From assembly GCA_965200245.1 (NCBI GenBank), contig CBDATS010000004.1:832001-896000 (forward strand): a stretch of DNA of 64,000 nt, written 5' to 3'. Positions within the stretch are counted from its first letter, which is position 1; each line of letters opens with the position of its first letter. This document shows positions 47,795-59,276 of this stretch, in pieces. The notes below the pieces were generated by a model, which did not search any database, was not told where the DNA came from, and worked only from the letters and a program-made list of their open reading frames with translations. The DNA is from a bacterium (GTDB lineage Bacteria > UBA8248). The position numbers and the translations under genes were made by a program.

Positions 47795-50067
47795 TTACTG
47801 CACCAGTTTCGCCCCGAAAGCGCCGATGAAACTCGTTGGGATGACTGTGGGATCCTTTGGATCTCCACCATCTGTAACACCAAAGGTGCCGGAGGCGGCA
47901 TCCGGATAAGCATCTTCAGACCCCGGCTCTTTGCCAGAGAAGATGACTGACCACGAGCCGTTGTAGGCGTACTTGGGAGGAGCGTCGTACGACGTGTACG
48001 TGGCATCACCCGTAAATGTTTGCCTATTCTCTAAGTTCTGCTTCAATAGCCTTCCCGCCCCGTCGAGCCTCCTTATCGGGGCTTTTGCAGGGTTATGTCC
48101 ATATCCATGGATTCACCGCCTGCCACGATGTTGCTTATGTTCCCACTAATGCTTCCAATGTCCCCATTCTGATTTCCCACCCCCACCTCAGGAGCATCAC
48201 CGAAATCAGCCTCCAAGGCCGCCGTCGCGTTGAAGAAATCCACACTCTCGCCACTCGTGTACAAGCCGGTAGCGGGCCCCGTATACGTCGCCTTGCCTTC
48301 AAGCACCCGAAGTTGAGATACCCTAAGCCTGCCGGTTTCTCCCGACTCAGTATATAGTCTCCTTGCTCCAAAGGTGCCGATTCTTGTGTAATTACCATTG
48401 GCATTTTGGAGCACCCAGACGCCAAATGCCAGATAATCGGTGTCTACTTTGGTCACTGCATTAATGGCATTACGCCAGAATTCGTACCCTATGGCCACCG
48501 TGACTTTCCCATCCGTCTTGGCATAATCACAACCATCTTTTTCGATACAGGTGAATGTTCCCGATACTGGCTCGTACATCGTACCCGCACCGTCCTGGTC
48601 ATACTTACCCGTGAATGTGGTGCCTTGTGCCATGTTGTCATTGGTAGGCGGCTCGGCTTCTGAAATCATACCGCTATCGGTAACAGGCACGGCGAGGAAA
48701 GTCTGCGCTTTAACTTTTTGGGATTGTTCGATATCTGTATAGACATGGGCATGCAAGGTGGTTCCCTCATCGGTCTTCTTCACCAATTCATAGCCCATGA
48801 ATTCGCCATCGCCACCCAAGGGTGGGAGCTCGGTATGAGTAGCCATGGGTGCCTTGCCCATATCGACCTCAAAATCCATCTCGTCGATATGCAACGAGGA
48901 TAGACCGAAACCAGCCTTCAAGGCAAATTTTCGCTTGGCGGGGATTGTTGCACCTGTTTTATCATCCGACGAATCCACATCGTAGGTCACTCTGACTACT
49001 GTAGGCATACCATCAGCAAACGGATGCCTCATCAACTCACCACTTGCATCTCGACGAGGAGAATCATAAACAATACGAGTAGAATTCTCTGGTGTCATGG
49101 CTGCTGTTTTCGCAATCGTCGCCACTTGCTTCACACTCATCCCATCCTTGTTCGCCGCCATGAACAATCCATAGACATGCTCACTCGCCGCGGCCATCGC
49201 ATCTTCTTCATACATCATGGCGTTGTCCTTGGCTTGTTCGGCAGCCGCCTGCGCATTTTCTGCCTTCATCTGGGCCGCCACGACCTCTGCTATCGTCGTC
49301 GCCGCATCAAGATCCCTCTCAGCTTGTTCCGCCATCGCAACCGCATCCGCAGCATCAGTCGCCGCCTTTGCTGCATTCATCGCCGCTTCGCTCGCGTCCT
49401 TGTAGTTCGTCCGCGCGGCCATGGCTTTGTTCTCGTACATCGTGGCTTCACCGCTGTGGCCGTCCGCTCCCATCTGTGCGGTCTCCGCCGCCATCTTCGC
49501 TACGCTTATCCGCGGGCGGGCGCTATCTCTTGCAGTAACCAAGGCATGATGAGCCACAATCGTGGAGACAACCGCCGCCTGCGCATTTTCCGCAGCCATT
49601 TGCGCTGCCATGGCATTGGCTTGCTCCGCAACCGCCGTGTCACGCGCCGCATTGGCTGTGGCCAGTTCTGTCTGCGCAGCCGCTACGTCGTCCGTCGCCA
49701 TCGCCGCACCAGACGCAGCCATCGCGGTCATATACGCTGCGTTGGCATCGTCCGCCGCCATCTGCGCGTCCGCATCCATCCTGAGTTGCGCCGTCGCCTC
49801 ATCTGACGGTATCAAGGCAGCCGCGGCTATTGCTGCCATGTGCGCCTCGCCGGCTGCATCCGCCGCTATCTTCGCCGCGTCCGCCGCAGCCCGTGCCATC
49901 TCCTGGGCCGAGAGCAACGCCGGATCCGGAGCAACCGGGGCTGGGTCACTGCTGCTACTGCCACCGCCACACCCGGCCAGAATGACTGCAAGCAACAAAG
50001 CAAGGGCGAATGTGTGAAACTTTCTAGTTGATGATACGAGGTGGGTAACAAACGGACACTTCTTCAC
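47795..50067 (-). pseudogene. Surface lipoprotein with Ala-rich coiled-coil stalk and TbpB-like C-terminal beta-barrel, frameshifted near the C-terminus
   Basis: Lipobox LAGC+GGGSSSS; long Ala/Met-rich helix; YLAFGVW, KATYTGPATG, FNATAALEADF. An extra C near 48077-48080 stops translation; the other frame gives ..NGSWS..AASGTFGV..FIGAFGAK. Confidence 0.75.
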
Positions 50068-50349
50068 ATTTACTTCCTCCCTTTACAACGGTGACAGAAT
50101 GCCGATGACATAATCCCCAACCTTCCGACTAGGCCGGGCCGTGTCACCATCACAAAGGGAAGTGAAGTCTCACTTATTCGCCTCAACTTGGGGAGCTACC
50201 CCACGTCGGATACACTGGCTATTGTATTCAGAGAGCGACCCGACATGAGCAATCGGGACACCCTTTGCAATGATGACAAGAGGAATACTGAACAAACCAA
50301 CGGAGTTTGTCAAGATGGTCCAGAAAAAAAAGGACACGGGTTACACCAC

Positions 50350-51460
50350 CAATTCCTGGTCGACTCATTTACCTTTCCGGCAAATGCCTCTCATTGCCCA
50401 CTGAAACTTCGGGCCATCTTTTTTTTCTTTTTTGCGATACGAAACTTTCGCTCCAGGTATTTCCCGGAAGGCGGGAATCTTCTCCGTTACTTCGTTGATT
50501 GCACAGGCAGTAAAACCTCATCGTCTCGTCCGGTTCATCTTCATTCAGGGTCATCCTTCTCCACGAGGTTATCTCCTGGACAATTCATTTCCTGAATGTG
50601 ATCCTCTTGACCACCATGGCCATACACAGAGAGGCAAACCTATCTTCTATATCAATCTCGCAATTGCCTTCGTTCAAACGGAAGGTGAACTCGTCTGCAT
50701 CAACTCGTCAGTTTTTCCGGCTTCAGTTGTGGCAGGTGCCTCGTATCTCCGCTTCAGGGCAGCCCACACACTTCCCACGCCATTCATGCGGGCCATTCCG
50801 TTTAACAGATCCCTGGCAGGGTGTTTTACGGATTTGCGCTTGTATTCCCCACAATACGTATCGCCAGGATGGGCATGTCCTTGGTTCTCATCACTAGAAA
50901 ACATGGAACCGGGTTCGACATTCTCTCTCATGGATTTTTCAAAATATCGCTTTGCCGTCTTTCAATGACCATCGCCTTCACCCTGCCTTTCTCTCTCCGT
51001 CATGCAGGGACGGGAACCTTCCCCTTGGCATCTCCCTGATCCTTGCTTGTGTTCCTGTGCCAGTTCTTCTCGACTCCACCGGGGACAGGTTTCATCTACT
51101 TCCAATGCCCCTTTCAACGCCTCCATTTTTTGTCTGCAAGCCGGTCCGGAATCCATGATGCAGATTGTGATACAGAAAGCTCCTTGCCGGATCGATAGTT
51201 GCCAACACCTTTTCTGGCGCTCACAGGAATACATGCGACCGGAATCCAGGAACTCGGTGTGGTGCAACCTTTCCGTATTCATAATGGGGTATCTCCAAAG
51301 GCAGTAAAATACTTCCGGTAATCTCCGCACCGGCAACTACCGGGGGGTTTTTTCTGTCTGGTGATCTCTTGAAAAAATCGCAACGAACGCAGACGGGAGT
51401 TTCCCGCACCTCGATCCTTCAAAATCCTTCCTTGCCTTATGGCCTGTAGAGTAATGTAAC
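50350..51460 (-). mobile_element. Degenerate IS1595-family element
   Basis: Fragments TPVCVRC, RCGDYRKYF, LEVDET, RENVEPGSMFSSDE, VKHPARD..GMARMNGVGSVWAALKR spread over several frames; ends uncertain. Confidence 0.7.
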
Positions 51461-51748
51461 TCCAAAATTCCGGTGGTCTTGTCATTCCCGATATCTTGCT
51501 TACGGGTTTGTAAATGACCAATCGCCTTTTGTAGAATCCTTCGGGGATGCATCGTATATAATGGTCAAGGGACGGAGCGTGACTTGCTTTGAACGAGATC
51601 GGCAGGTTCGGTGCTTGAGACTCGTTTCAGTCCGCCGTTTCCTTTCCGGGCGGTGTGCGCCGATATGAAAACACATCGCCTTGGCAAAGGCGGTCCGAAA
51701 CGGTAAATCCGATAGACCACCGGAACGAGTGAATATAAGGAGAGACAG

Positions 51749-52711
51749 ATGAGACGCAACACAACCACTTTGATTGCGATAGCCATGTTGTTCCTTCTTG
51801 CCGGGTGTGGAGGCGGGGGACAGGGAAACACTGCGTCGATGGGTACCGGTGCCGTACCGACAGCGGGACAAGTCAAGGACGATACGGTTGCAAGAGTGGA
51901 ATCCGCCACCACGGTGCTCGCAAGTGATCAGCACGTGTTTCGCTTCGATGGGGAATCCTCGCGCACCTTCACGAAGTGCGAAGGCGCGGTATGCGGCATA
52001 AGCACGACTCCCGAGGGTCTGGATGGCGGATTGGCACGTGCTTTCGGCGACCCCACCAGATTTGACTTCGGAAGCAAACATTTCGCCGCTCGTCTGAAGG
52101 ATTCCCTGACGCTCAAGCCACATATTGAAACCATCCGTGGCGTCCAACTCGTGGAAGGCTTCGGCCTGCGCACCGGTGAAAGGGCATTCAGTGCAAGATT
52201 CTATGGTGGCTGGCTCGATGAGGGCGCTTTCTTCGTCAACCGGACAACCCTGACGATCCGGAACGAGCGAGGCATGCCCATCGGGCTTGGCGATGTCTTC
52301 GATTCCAGCGCCCTCGGTATGGCGAGCACTACGGCGCCGATGACCCGACAGGATATGTCCGCCACATGGGAAGGGGTGATGCTCGGTGTGGACGTGAGCG
52401 ACAACGTGACCCGCGGCCAGTTCGTGCGAGGCGATGTAACGATCGATATCCACGACCTCACCAATCCGGATGTCGACGTCACTTTCGACAATCTGCAGGA
52501 TCATGAAACCGGCGCCAGTCTGGACGGCAGGAACATCTCGCCTTGGGAGAACGTTCCGATCCAGGGCGGTGCATTCGGGGAAAAACCGACCGGCAGCAAT
52601 GACTACATTCAGGGGCACTTCGTTGGTTAGGGCCATACCGGCGCCGTGGGCGTCTTCGAGCGCGGCGAAATCGTAAGTTCCTTCGGCGCGAACAGACAGC
52701 GGGTCGAATAG
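51749..52711 (+). pseudogene. Lipoprotein with TbpB-like beta-barrel, premature TAG
   Basis: Lipobox LAGC+GGGG; YGGWL, SATWEGVMLG, VDVTFDNL. TAG at 52628-30 in IQGHFVG*GHTGAVGVFERGEIVSSFGANR. Confidence 0.75.
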
Positions 52712-52751
52712 ACTTCACCTTTGGTGATCGCGAAACGCACTCTTCCTTCCG

Positions 52752-53609
52752 CTAGAACTTCCTGAGCGGCGTCGCCTCCCGGCCGAAGAGTGCGGTTCTT
52801 GCAATGTTCCGGATTTCGAAATGTGATTTACGAAGCGTCTCGGGCGAATCCGCCAGCCAGCGGACAAACGCGCCCGGGCCTGTGAGCCGTGAACATCCGC
52901 CTGCAAGGCCGGAAGTTTCGGCCAGCATGGAATCGACCTGTTCTGTAATGCGGTTCAACTCTTCGTCCTTGCCGCCTGCCATGTAGAAAGAGCCCAGGTA
53001 GGGATAAGGTTCGAACAGGCCGAGGCGCTCGGGGTCGGAATCTCCCGGTCTTACCTTCATCACGTCGCGCAAGAGCGGCGCGCCCGCATAGTCGATATGC
53101 AGACTCGACATCAAGGAAGAGTAATCAAAATGCTCGCCCGAGGCGACGCGGCCATGATAGAGCGATTCCCCGTAGAGAAGCCGCGCGCCTTCTGCCATGG
53201 AGATTCTCGTCTCCTGCGCGTAGATGGAATCGGCATAGGGGATGACCGGGTCGGGCAGAAGTTCCAGACCACTCCCCTTGGCCATCTCGATTTGCGTGGT
53301 CGACACCACCGGCTCGCCCAAACTCTTGTATACCTTGGTCGCCCCCTGCGTCGTCCACACGACACGCGCGCCCTCATCGAGCGCGAGTTCAAGTTCCAGC
53401 AGGTCGCCGCCCACGTGCCCGCCCGTGGGGTTGATGAGCGTCATGTGGGCAAATGCCTCTCCCTCGGGGTAGAGGGGGCGTATCACCTGAAGCGGCACGC
53501 GAAAGAACGAATCCGCGAGATACGTTCGTCCGCTCGTGCTCGCGAACCGCGCGAGCGCGACGCCGTGGCGTCCCACACGGGAAGGGGCAGTGGCGATTGC
53601 GAGCGGCAT
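52752..53609 (-). CDS. ureD: Urease accessory protein UreD
   Basis: PLQVIRPLY, INPTGGHVGGD, TTQGATKVYKS, LPDPVIPY, GRVASGE. Confidence 0.9.
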   Translation of the reverse strand: MPLAIATAPSRVGRHGVALARFASTSGRTYLADSFFRVPLQVIRPLYPEGEAFAHMTLINPTGGHVGGDLLELELALDEGARVVWTTQGATKVYKSLGEPVVSTTQIEMAKGSGLELLPDPVIPYADSIYAQETRISMAEGARLLYGESLYHGRVASGEHFDYSSLMSSLHIDYAGAPLLRDVMKVRPGDSDPERLGLFEPYPYLGSFYMAGGKDEELNRITEQVDSMLAETSGLAGGCSRLTGPGAFVRWLADSPETLRKSHFEIRNIARTALFGREATPLRKF

Positions 53610-54223
53610 CAGGCCTCCACGAAGAGGAGTTCGCGCTCGATCCAGCCAATCACCTCATCGAGGCCCTGTTCCGCTTTCAGGTTCGTGAACAGAAACGGGC
53701 GCTCGCCGCGCATCTTGCGGGCGTCGCGATCCATGACTTCGAGACTCGCGTCCACGAGAGGGGCCAGATCTATTTTGTTGATCAGCAAAAGTTCGGAGCG
53801 CGTGATGCCGGGGCCGCCCTTTCGGGGAATCTTGTCCCCCGCCGACACGTCGATGACGTAGATCGAGGCGTCCACCAGTTCGGGACTGAATGTGGCGGCG
53901 AGGTTGTCGCCGCCGCTTTCCACGAAAATAATGTCCAGCGGATCGAAATCGCGCGCGAGGATTTCCATGGCTTCGCGGTTCAGGGATATGTCCTCGCGAA
54001 TGGCCGTGTGCGGACATCCGCCCGTCTCCACACCGGAGATGCGCTCGGGCGCGAGCGCACCGCTCCTAGTGAGGAACTCGGCATCCTCTTTCGTGTAGAT
54101 GTCGTTCGTCACGACAGCGATGGCGTACCGATCACGCATCCGCTTGCACAACCTGTCCACCAGGGCGGTCTTGCCGGAACCGACCGGCCCGCCCACGCCT
54201 ATCTTTACGGGCGACCTGTTCAT
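53609..54223 (-). CDS. ureG: Urease accessory GTPase UreG
   Basis: [45 protein letters not shown]. Confidence 0.97.
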   Translation of the reverse strand: MNRSPVKIGVGGPVGSGKTALVDRLCKRMRDRYAIAVVTNDIYTKEDAEFLTRSGALAPERISGVETGGCPHTAIREDISLNREAMEILARDFDPLDIIFVESGGDNLAATFSPELVDASIYVIDVSAGDKIPRKGGPGITRSELLLINKIDLAPLVDASLEVMDRDARKMRGERPFLFTNLKAEQGLDEVIGWIERELLFVEA

Positions 54224-54238
54224 CTTTCTTCCTCCTCT

Positions 54239-54919
54239 TCAAGAAACAAACAAGCGCGTGTGCAGCCTCCGGTGTGTCATGGCCCGTATCTCGTGTCCCG
54301 GCCCCCAGGAATGCGCGTCTTCCAGTGAAAGCGCGGTTGCGGTCTTGACCGCCTCGCGCACCATGTCTTCTGCGTTCGAGATGACGCGCTGTCCCTCGGT
54401 TTGTCCGAGCGGAACCAGCCGAACGGCGGCGGAGACCAGACCTGACACCACGCCGTAGCAAAGCGATTCGAGCATCTCCTCGCAACCAAGTCCCAAGGAT
54501 TCGGCGACGCAACCGAGTACTATCGGGTAGTGGCCTGAAGTTCGCTCCAGCCTTGCCTCCTCTTCCAGTTCGTCCAGAAAAGGATCCTCGATAAAACCCC
54601 GCGCCGATCTCAGGAACTGACGCCCCACACTCCTGCTCGCATCGCGCAATGATTTGACGAGCCGTGCTGCGTCGTAGGCGGCGTCGAGCGTGAGGACTTT
54701 CGGCAGGTCGTCCTCTCCTTTCGCCAGAAAAGCCTCGCGCAGGTAGACGCCGTCGAGCGTCGCCACGCTGTGGTGCAGTACGGAAGCGATGAACTCTTCA
54801 AGCTCTCCGGCGGAGGCGATGCGTCCTTCCGTCACGTAGGTCTCGAGCCCGTAGGAGTGGGCAAAGGCACCGCGCGGAAACGCCGAATCCGAAATCTGCA
54901 GGAGTCTGTAGATGTTCAT
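54239..54919 (-). CDS. ureF: Urease accessory protein UreF
   Basis: LLQISDSAFPRGAFAHSYGLE, AAVRLVPLGQTEGQ, HRRLHTRLFVS. Confidence 0.93.
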   Translation of the reverse strand: MNIYRLLQISDSAFPRGAFAHSYGLETYVTEGRIASAGELEEFIASVLHHSVATLDGVYLREAFLAKGEDDLPKVLTLDAAYDAARLVKSLRDASRSVGRQFLRSARGFIEDPFLDELEEEARLERTSGHYPIVLGCVAESLGLGCEEMLESLCYGVVSGLVSAAVRLVPLGQTEGQRVISNAEDMVREAVKTATALSLEDAHSWGPGHEIRAMTHRRLHTRLFVS

Positions 54920-54922
54920 CTT

Positions 54923-55369
54923 CTAGTGATGGCGAGAGTGAAAGGCGCCGAAATCATGGGTGAAGGGTTCTTTCGTTTTCTCGCACCTGACGCCCATCTT
55001 GACGAAATAGGCCTCCAGCACGGAGTCGTAGGGCGTCAGGACACGGCCGTCCCGAACACATATCGGCGCGTGGCGGTTTCCCACCTGATAGCAGAGGCGG
55101 CCCATCTCTACGGGCGATTCCGGGTGGAGAACAAGCATATCTTCGGGAATCGCGACGACTGCCACCACACGCTCTTCATCCTCGAAGAGAATGTCGCCCT
55201 CCCTGAGTGGCTGCCCGGTCTGCAGGGCAACGCCAAGTTCGGTACCTGAATCGGAACGCAAACGCTGGCGGCTCCTGAGCCTGTCCTCCCAGCCCAGGGC
55301 CACGTGCTCGACGCGCCTTCTTTCATCGGCGCAGAGCCTGCCGCGTATCCCTTCCACGAGGATCATCAC
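54923..55369 (-). CDS. ureE: Urease accessory Ni chaperone UreE
   Basis: RSRQRL..GTELG, LREGDIL, YQVGNRHAP; short His tail HDFGAFHSRHH. Confidence 0.9.
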   Translation of the reverse strand: MMILVEGIRGRLCADERRRVEHVALGWEDRLRSRQRLRSDSGTELGVALQTGQPLREGDILFEDEERVVAVVAIPEDMLVLHPESPVEMGRLCYQVGNRHAPICVRDGRVLTPYDSVLEAYFVKMGVRCEKTKEPFTHDFGAFHSRHH

Positions 55370-55375
55370 CGCCCC

Positions 55376-57088
55376 CTAGAAAAGAAAATACCGCTGTGCC
55401 ATGGGAAGCACCTGCGCGGGTTCGCAGGCGAGCGTCTCCCCGTCCGCCTTCACGACGTATGTCTCGGGGTCTACTTCCATTACCGGCAGGGCATCGTTCA
55501 GCCGCATATCCTTCTTGCCGACCCCGCGGCAATTCAAGACGGGCGCCACGATTTTGGTGAGGCTGAGCGACTCGCCTATGTCCTCGAGCGCCGCCGCCTG
55601 GGATACGAATGCGTACGACGTACGCCCGACCGCCCCTCCCATCGATCCGAACATGGGGCGGCCCAGTACGGGCTGCGGCGTGGGGATGGAGGCGTTGGGG
55701 TCGCCCATCGCCGCGTGGGCGATAAAACCGCCCTTCACCACGACCTCGGGCTTCACGCCGAAAAAAGCGGGCTTCCAGAGGACCAGGTCGGCCATCTTGC
55801 CGACCTCGACCGATCCCACGTAATCGGAAATACCGTGGGCTATCGCGGGATTGATGGTGTATTTCGCCACGTAGCGCTTCGCCCGGAAGTTGTCGTTGGC
55901 TCCACTATCCTCGGCCAGGGCACCACGCTGGCGCTTCATCTTGTCCGCCGTCTGCCAGGTTCGGATGACGACCTCGCCCACGCGGCCCATTGCCTGGGAG
56001 TCGGAACCCATCATGCTGAACGCGCCCATGTCGTGGAGAATGTCTTCCGCCGCGATGGTCTCCGCCCGGATTCTCGATTCGGCGAAGGCAACGTCTTCAG
56101 GAATCTTGCTGTCCAGGTGGTGGCACACCATGAGCATGTCGAGATGCTCGTCTACCGTGTTCACCGTGAAAGGCCGCGTAGGATTCGTCGAGGATGGCAG
56201 CACGTTCGCTTCCCCGCACACGCGGATGATGTCAGGCGCGTGGCCGCCGCCCGCCCCTTCCGTGTGATAGGTGTGGATGGTGCGGTTCCTGAACGCGGCC
56301 ATGGAAGTTTCGACGAAGCCTGACTCATTGAGCGTGTCGGTATGGATACATACCTGCACGTCCATATCTTCCGCCACGCCGAGGCAGCAATCGATCGCAG
56401 CGGGTGTTGTTCCCCAGTCCTCATGGAGTTTCAGCCCGACGGCGCCCGCCTGGATCTGTTCGATAAGTGGACCGGGGCGAGAGGCGTTGCCCTTGCCCAG
56501 AAAACCCAGGTTCATGGGGTAGGCTTCCGCCGCCTGGAGCATCCGGGCGATGTTCCACGCCCCCGGCGTGCAGGTGGTGGCGTTCGTGCCCGTGGCAGGG
56601 CCGGTTCCACCACCGAACATGGTGGTAACGCCCGAGGAGAGCGCCTCGTCTATCTGCTGGGGACAGATGAAGTGAATGTGGGTGTCAATGCCGCCCGCGG
56701 TGAGAATCATTCCCTCCCCCGCCAGTACTTCCGTGGCGGCACCGATCGTCATGTCCACCCCCTGCATCAGGTGCGGATTCCCGGACTTTCCCACCCCTGC
56801 GATCTTCCCGTCCTTGATTCCCACGTCCGCCTTCACCACGCCCCAGTAATCGAGAATCAGCGCGTTGGTGATGAGCAGATCGAGCGCATCGGCCTCGCGT
56901 GTCTCGGTGGGGGATTGCCCCATGCCGTCCCTGATCACCTTGCCGCCGCCGAATTTCGACTCATCGCCGTAGACGGTGTGGTCTTCTTCGACCTCGATGA
57001 AGAGTTCGGTGTCCGCAAGGCGAACCTTGTCCCCCACCGTGGGGCCGAACATGTCGGCGTAGGCGCGCCTGTCCATTCGATACGCCAT
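55376..57088 (-). CDS. ureC: Urease subunit alpha
   Basis: [60 protein letters not shown]. Confidence 0.98.
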   Translation of the reverse strand: MAYRMDRRAYADMFGPTVGDKVRLADTELFIEVEEDHTVYGDESKFGGGKVIRDGMGQSPTETREADALDLLITNALILDYWGVVKADVGIKDGKIAGVGKSGNPHLMQGVDMTIGAATEVLAGEGMILTAGGIDTHIHFICPQQIDEALSSGVTTMFGGGTGPATGTNATTCTPGAWNIARMLQAAEAYPMNLGFLGKGNASRPGPLIEQIQAGAVGLKLHEDWGTTPAAIDCCLGVAEDMDVQVCIHTDTLNESGFVETSMAAFRNRTIHTYHTEGAGGGHAPDIIRVCGEANVLPSSTNPTRPFTVNTVDEHLDMLMVCHHLDSKIPEDVAFAESRIRAETIAAEDILHDMGAFSMMGSDSQAMGRVGEVVIRTWQTADKMKRQRGALAEDSGANDNFRAKRYVAKYTINPAIAHGISDYVGSVEVGKMADLVLWKPAFFGVKPEVVVKGGFIAHAAMGDPNASIPTPQPVLGRPMFGSMGGAVGRTSYAFVSQAAALEDIGESLSLTKIVAPVLNCRGVGKKDMRLNDALPVMEVDPETYVVKADGETLACEPAQVLPMAQRYFLF

Positions 57089-57459
57089 TACTCCGCCCCC
57101 CCGTAGCCCTCGTTGCGGGCTTTCTCAAATGCGCTCTCGCGCACAGCGGACGAATCGAGCGCGCCATCGGTGAGCGCGTTCAGCCCTATGACGATACGCG
57201 CGCCCGCGAAGGCGATGAGCGTCACTTCCTTCTCGTCGCCCGGCTCTAAGCGCACCGCCGTTCCCGCCGGGATGTCGAGCCGCATCCCGAAAGCCGCCTT
57301 CCTGTCGAAATCGAGCAGGCGGTTCACTTCAAGGAAATGAAAGTGCGAGCCCACCTGGATGGGCCTGTCGCCTCGGTTCGCCACGAGAAGCGAGATGGTT
57401 TCGCGCCCTTCGTTCAGGACGATCTCGCCCTCCGCCAGGATATATTCGCCGGGTATCAT
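57088..57459 (-). CDS. ureB: Urease subunit beta
   Basis: [31 protein letters not shown]. Confidence 0.97.
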   Translation of the reverse strand: MIPGEYILAEGEIVLNEGRETISLLVANRGDRPIQVGSHFHFLEVNRLLDFDRKAAFGMRLDIPAGTAVRLEPGDEKEVTLIAFAGARIVIGLNALTDGALDSSAVRESAFEKARNEGYGGAE

Positions 57460-57469
57460 GGGATCTCCC

Positions 57470-57775
57470 TCAGACCCGTATCGGGTCGTGCACCGTCACG
57501 AGCTTGGTCCCGTCCGGGAACGTACCCTCGACCTGCACCTCGTGAATCATCTCGGGCACGCCTTCCATCACGTCGTCACGGGTAAGAATCGTCGCGCCGT
57601 ATCGCATCAGTTCGGCCACGGATCTGCCGTCGCGCGCGCCTTCGAGCACCTCGGCCGTGATGATGCTGACGGCTTCCGGATAATTGAGCTTGAGGCCTCG
57701 CGCGCGGCGTTTTCGTGCCAACTCCGCCGCCACGAAAACGAGGAGTTTCTCCTGCTCCCTCGGGGTCAGGTGCAT
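57470..57775 (-). CDS. ureA: Urease subunit gamma
   Basis: [34 protein letters not shown]. Confidence 0.97.
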   Translation of the reverse strand: MHLTPREQEKLLVFVAAELARKRRARGLKLNYPEAVSIITAEVLEGARDGRSVAELMRYGATILTRDDVMEGVPEMIHEVQVEGTFPDGTKLVTVHDPIRV

Positions 57776-57811
57776 CGTCTGCCTCCTGTCAGAAAACTGC
57801 TGTGATCGGCC

Positions 57812-58507
57812 CTACGCGGTCAGGCGGTCGAGCAGCGCTACGTCACACTCGCCCTCCGCTACACCCGTGGCCGTGAATTCCCCTTTTTCCATGACGTAGT
57901 ATCGATCCGCAAGCCGCCAGGCGAACTCCAGGTATTGCTCCACCAGAATGATGCCCATATCGCCGCGTTGTTTGATCTCCCACAGAACATTCTCGATATC
58001 CATGATGATGGAAGGCTGTATACCTTCGGTCGGTTCATCGAGCAGAAGCAGTTTCGGCTCGCTCACCAGCGCGCGTGCGATGGCGAGTTGCTGCTGCTGT
58101 CCGCCACTCAGCACGCCCCCCTTTCTCCCGAGCATCTCCTGAAGCACCGGAAAAAGCTTGAAAACGCCCTCGTCATAATTTATGGGACGACGTGGGTGGG
58201 CTTCCAGCCCCAGCAGGAGATTCTCGTGCACGCTGAGCTGCGGGAAAATCTCCCGTCCCTGGGGGACGTAGGCGACTCCCAGCTTTGCGCGCGCCTCGGG
58301 TCTGGCCGCGGTGACGTCCTGTTCCAGGAACGAAATTTTCCCGGCCTCTGGCCTCAACAGGCCGATGATCGATTTCAGGAACGTGGTCTTTCCCATACCG
58401 TTTCTGCCAATGACGCCCACTATCTCGCCGGGGTGCACTTCCATATCAAGACCCCGCAGAATGTGGCTCTCCCCATAGCAGGCGTGCAGATCCTCGACCC
58501 TAAGCAT
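57812..58507 (-). CDS. urtE: Urea ABC transporter ATP-binding protein UrtE
   Basis: YGESHIL, GRNGMGKTT, YVPQGREIFP, LSGGQQQQLAIARAL, LDEPTEGIQPSI. Confidence 0.93.
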   Translation of the reverse strand: MLRVEDLHACYGESHILRGLDMEVHPGEIVGVIGRNGMGKTTFLKSIIGLLRPEAGKISFLEQDVTAARPEARAKLGVAYVPQGREIFPQLSVHENLLLGLEAHPRRPINYDEGVFKLFPVLQEMLGRKGGVLSGGQQQQLAIARALVSEPKLLLLDEPTEGIQPSIIMDIENVLWEIKQRGDMGIILVEQYLEFAWRLADRYYVMEKGEFTATGVAEGECDVALLDRLTA

Positions 58508-59267
58508 ATTCCTCTCTGCCCCTGCCCAGATAGAGTTCGATGACCCGTTCGTCCTTGTGCACGTGGTCAATGGAACCCTCGCATATAACCGCGCCTTCGT
58601 GCAGCACGGTGACGCGCTCGGCTATCTCGCGCACAAACTTCATATCGTGTTCGATGATGAGCACCGAACGGTGTTCGGCGATTTGCCTCAATAATGCCGC
58701 CGTCTTCTCCGTCTCCCGATCGGACATGCCGGCCACGGGCTCATCCACCAACAGAAGGTCCGGGTCCTGCACCACCACCATGCCGATTTCGAGCCACTGT
58801 TTCTCGCCGTGCGCCAGAAGTCCGGCCCGCCAGTCACTTTTGGACGCGAGTCCGATAACGTCAAGTGTCTCCTCGACTCTCGCGCGCGCTTCAGCCGTGG
58901 CCCCGCCGAAAAGAAGGGAACTCAACTTCTTGTCCTGCTTCACGGAGAGTTCGAGATTGTCGCGCACCGTCAGATTCTCGTAAATCGTCGGTGTCTGGAA
59001 TTTTCTGCCGATGCCCGCATTCGATATTTCTTCCTGGTGCATTCGCGCGAGGTCGGTTTTCTCCTTGAAGATCACCCGCCCCAAATCGGGTTTCACCTTT
59101 CCGGTCACGACGTCGAGCAGGGTGGTCTTGCCCGCCCCGTTCGGCCCGATGACGCAGCGCAGTTCTCCCTTGTCCATGCTGAAGTTGAGCGCGTTCAATG
59201 CCTTGAAGCCGTCGAAAACGACGAACACATCTTCCATGTAAAGTATGCTTTTCGACGTAAGCGTCAT
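58500..59267 (-). CDS. urtD: Urea ABC transporter ATP-binding protein UrtD
   Basis: FDGFKALN, IGPNGAGKTT, GIGRKFQTP, HGEKQWLEIGM, DEPVAGM. Confidence 0.93.
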   Translation of the reverse strand: MTLTSKSILYMEDVFVVFDGFKALNALNFSMDKGELRCVIGPNGAGKTTLLDVVTGKVKPDLGRVIFKEKTDLARMHQEEISNAGIGRKFQTPTIYENLTVRDNLELSVKQDKKLSSLLFGGATAEARARVEETLDVIGLASKSDWRAGLLAHGEKQWLEIGMVVVQDPDLLLVDEPVAGMSDRETEKTAALLRQIAEHRSVLIIEHDMKFVREIAERVTVLHEGAVICEGSIDHVHKDERVIELYLGRGREEYA

Positions 59268-59276
59268 GCCCTTCTC

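Noticed and set aside
49180-49900. Repetitive GCC/GCA-rich DNA as a tandem repeat or CRISPR array
   Set aside because: Explained by Ala-rich coding sequence of the lipoprotein; no fixed repeat-spacer periodicity and no cas genes.
50070-50300. Possible riboswitch upstream of the large lipoprotein
   Set aside because: Small hairpins only; no cobalamin, TPP or c-di-GMP consensus recognised.
16390-52630. Amber (TAG) recoding suggested by two in-frame TAGs with conserved downstream sequence
   Set aside because: Many intact genes here end properly at TAG (ATP-grasp, prpD, hsp20, ureC), and a similar lesion uses TAA. Ordinary nonsense mutations are the simpler explanation.
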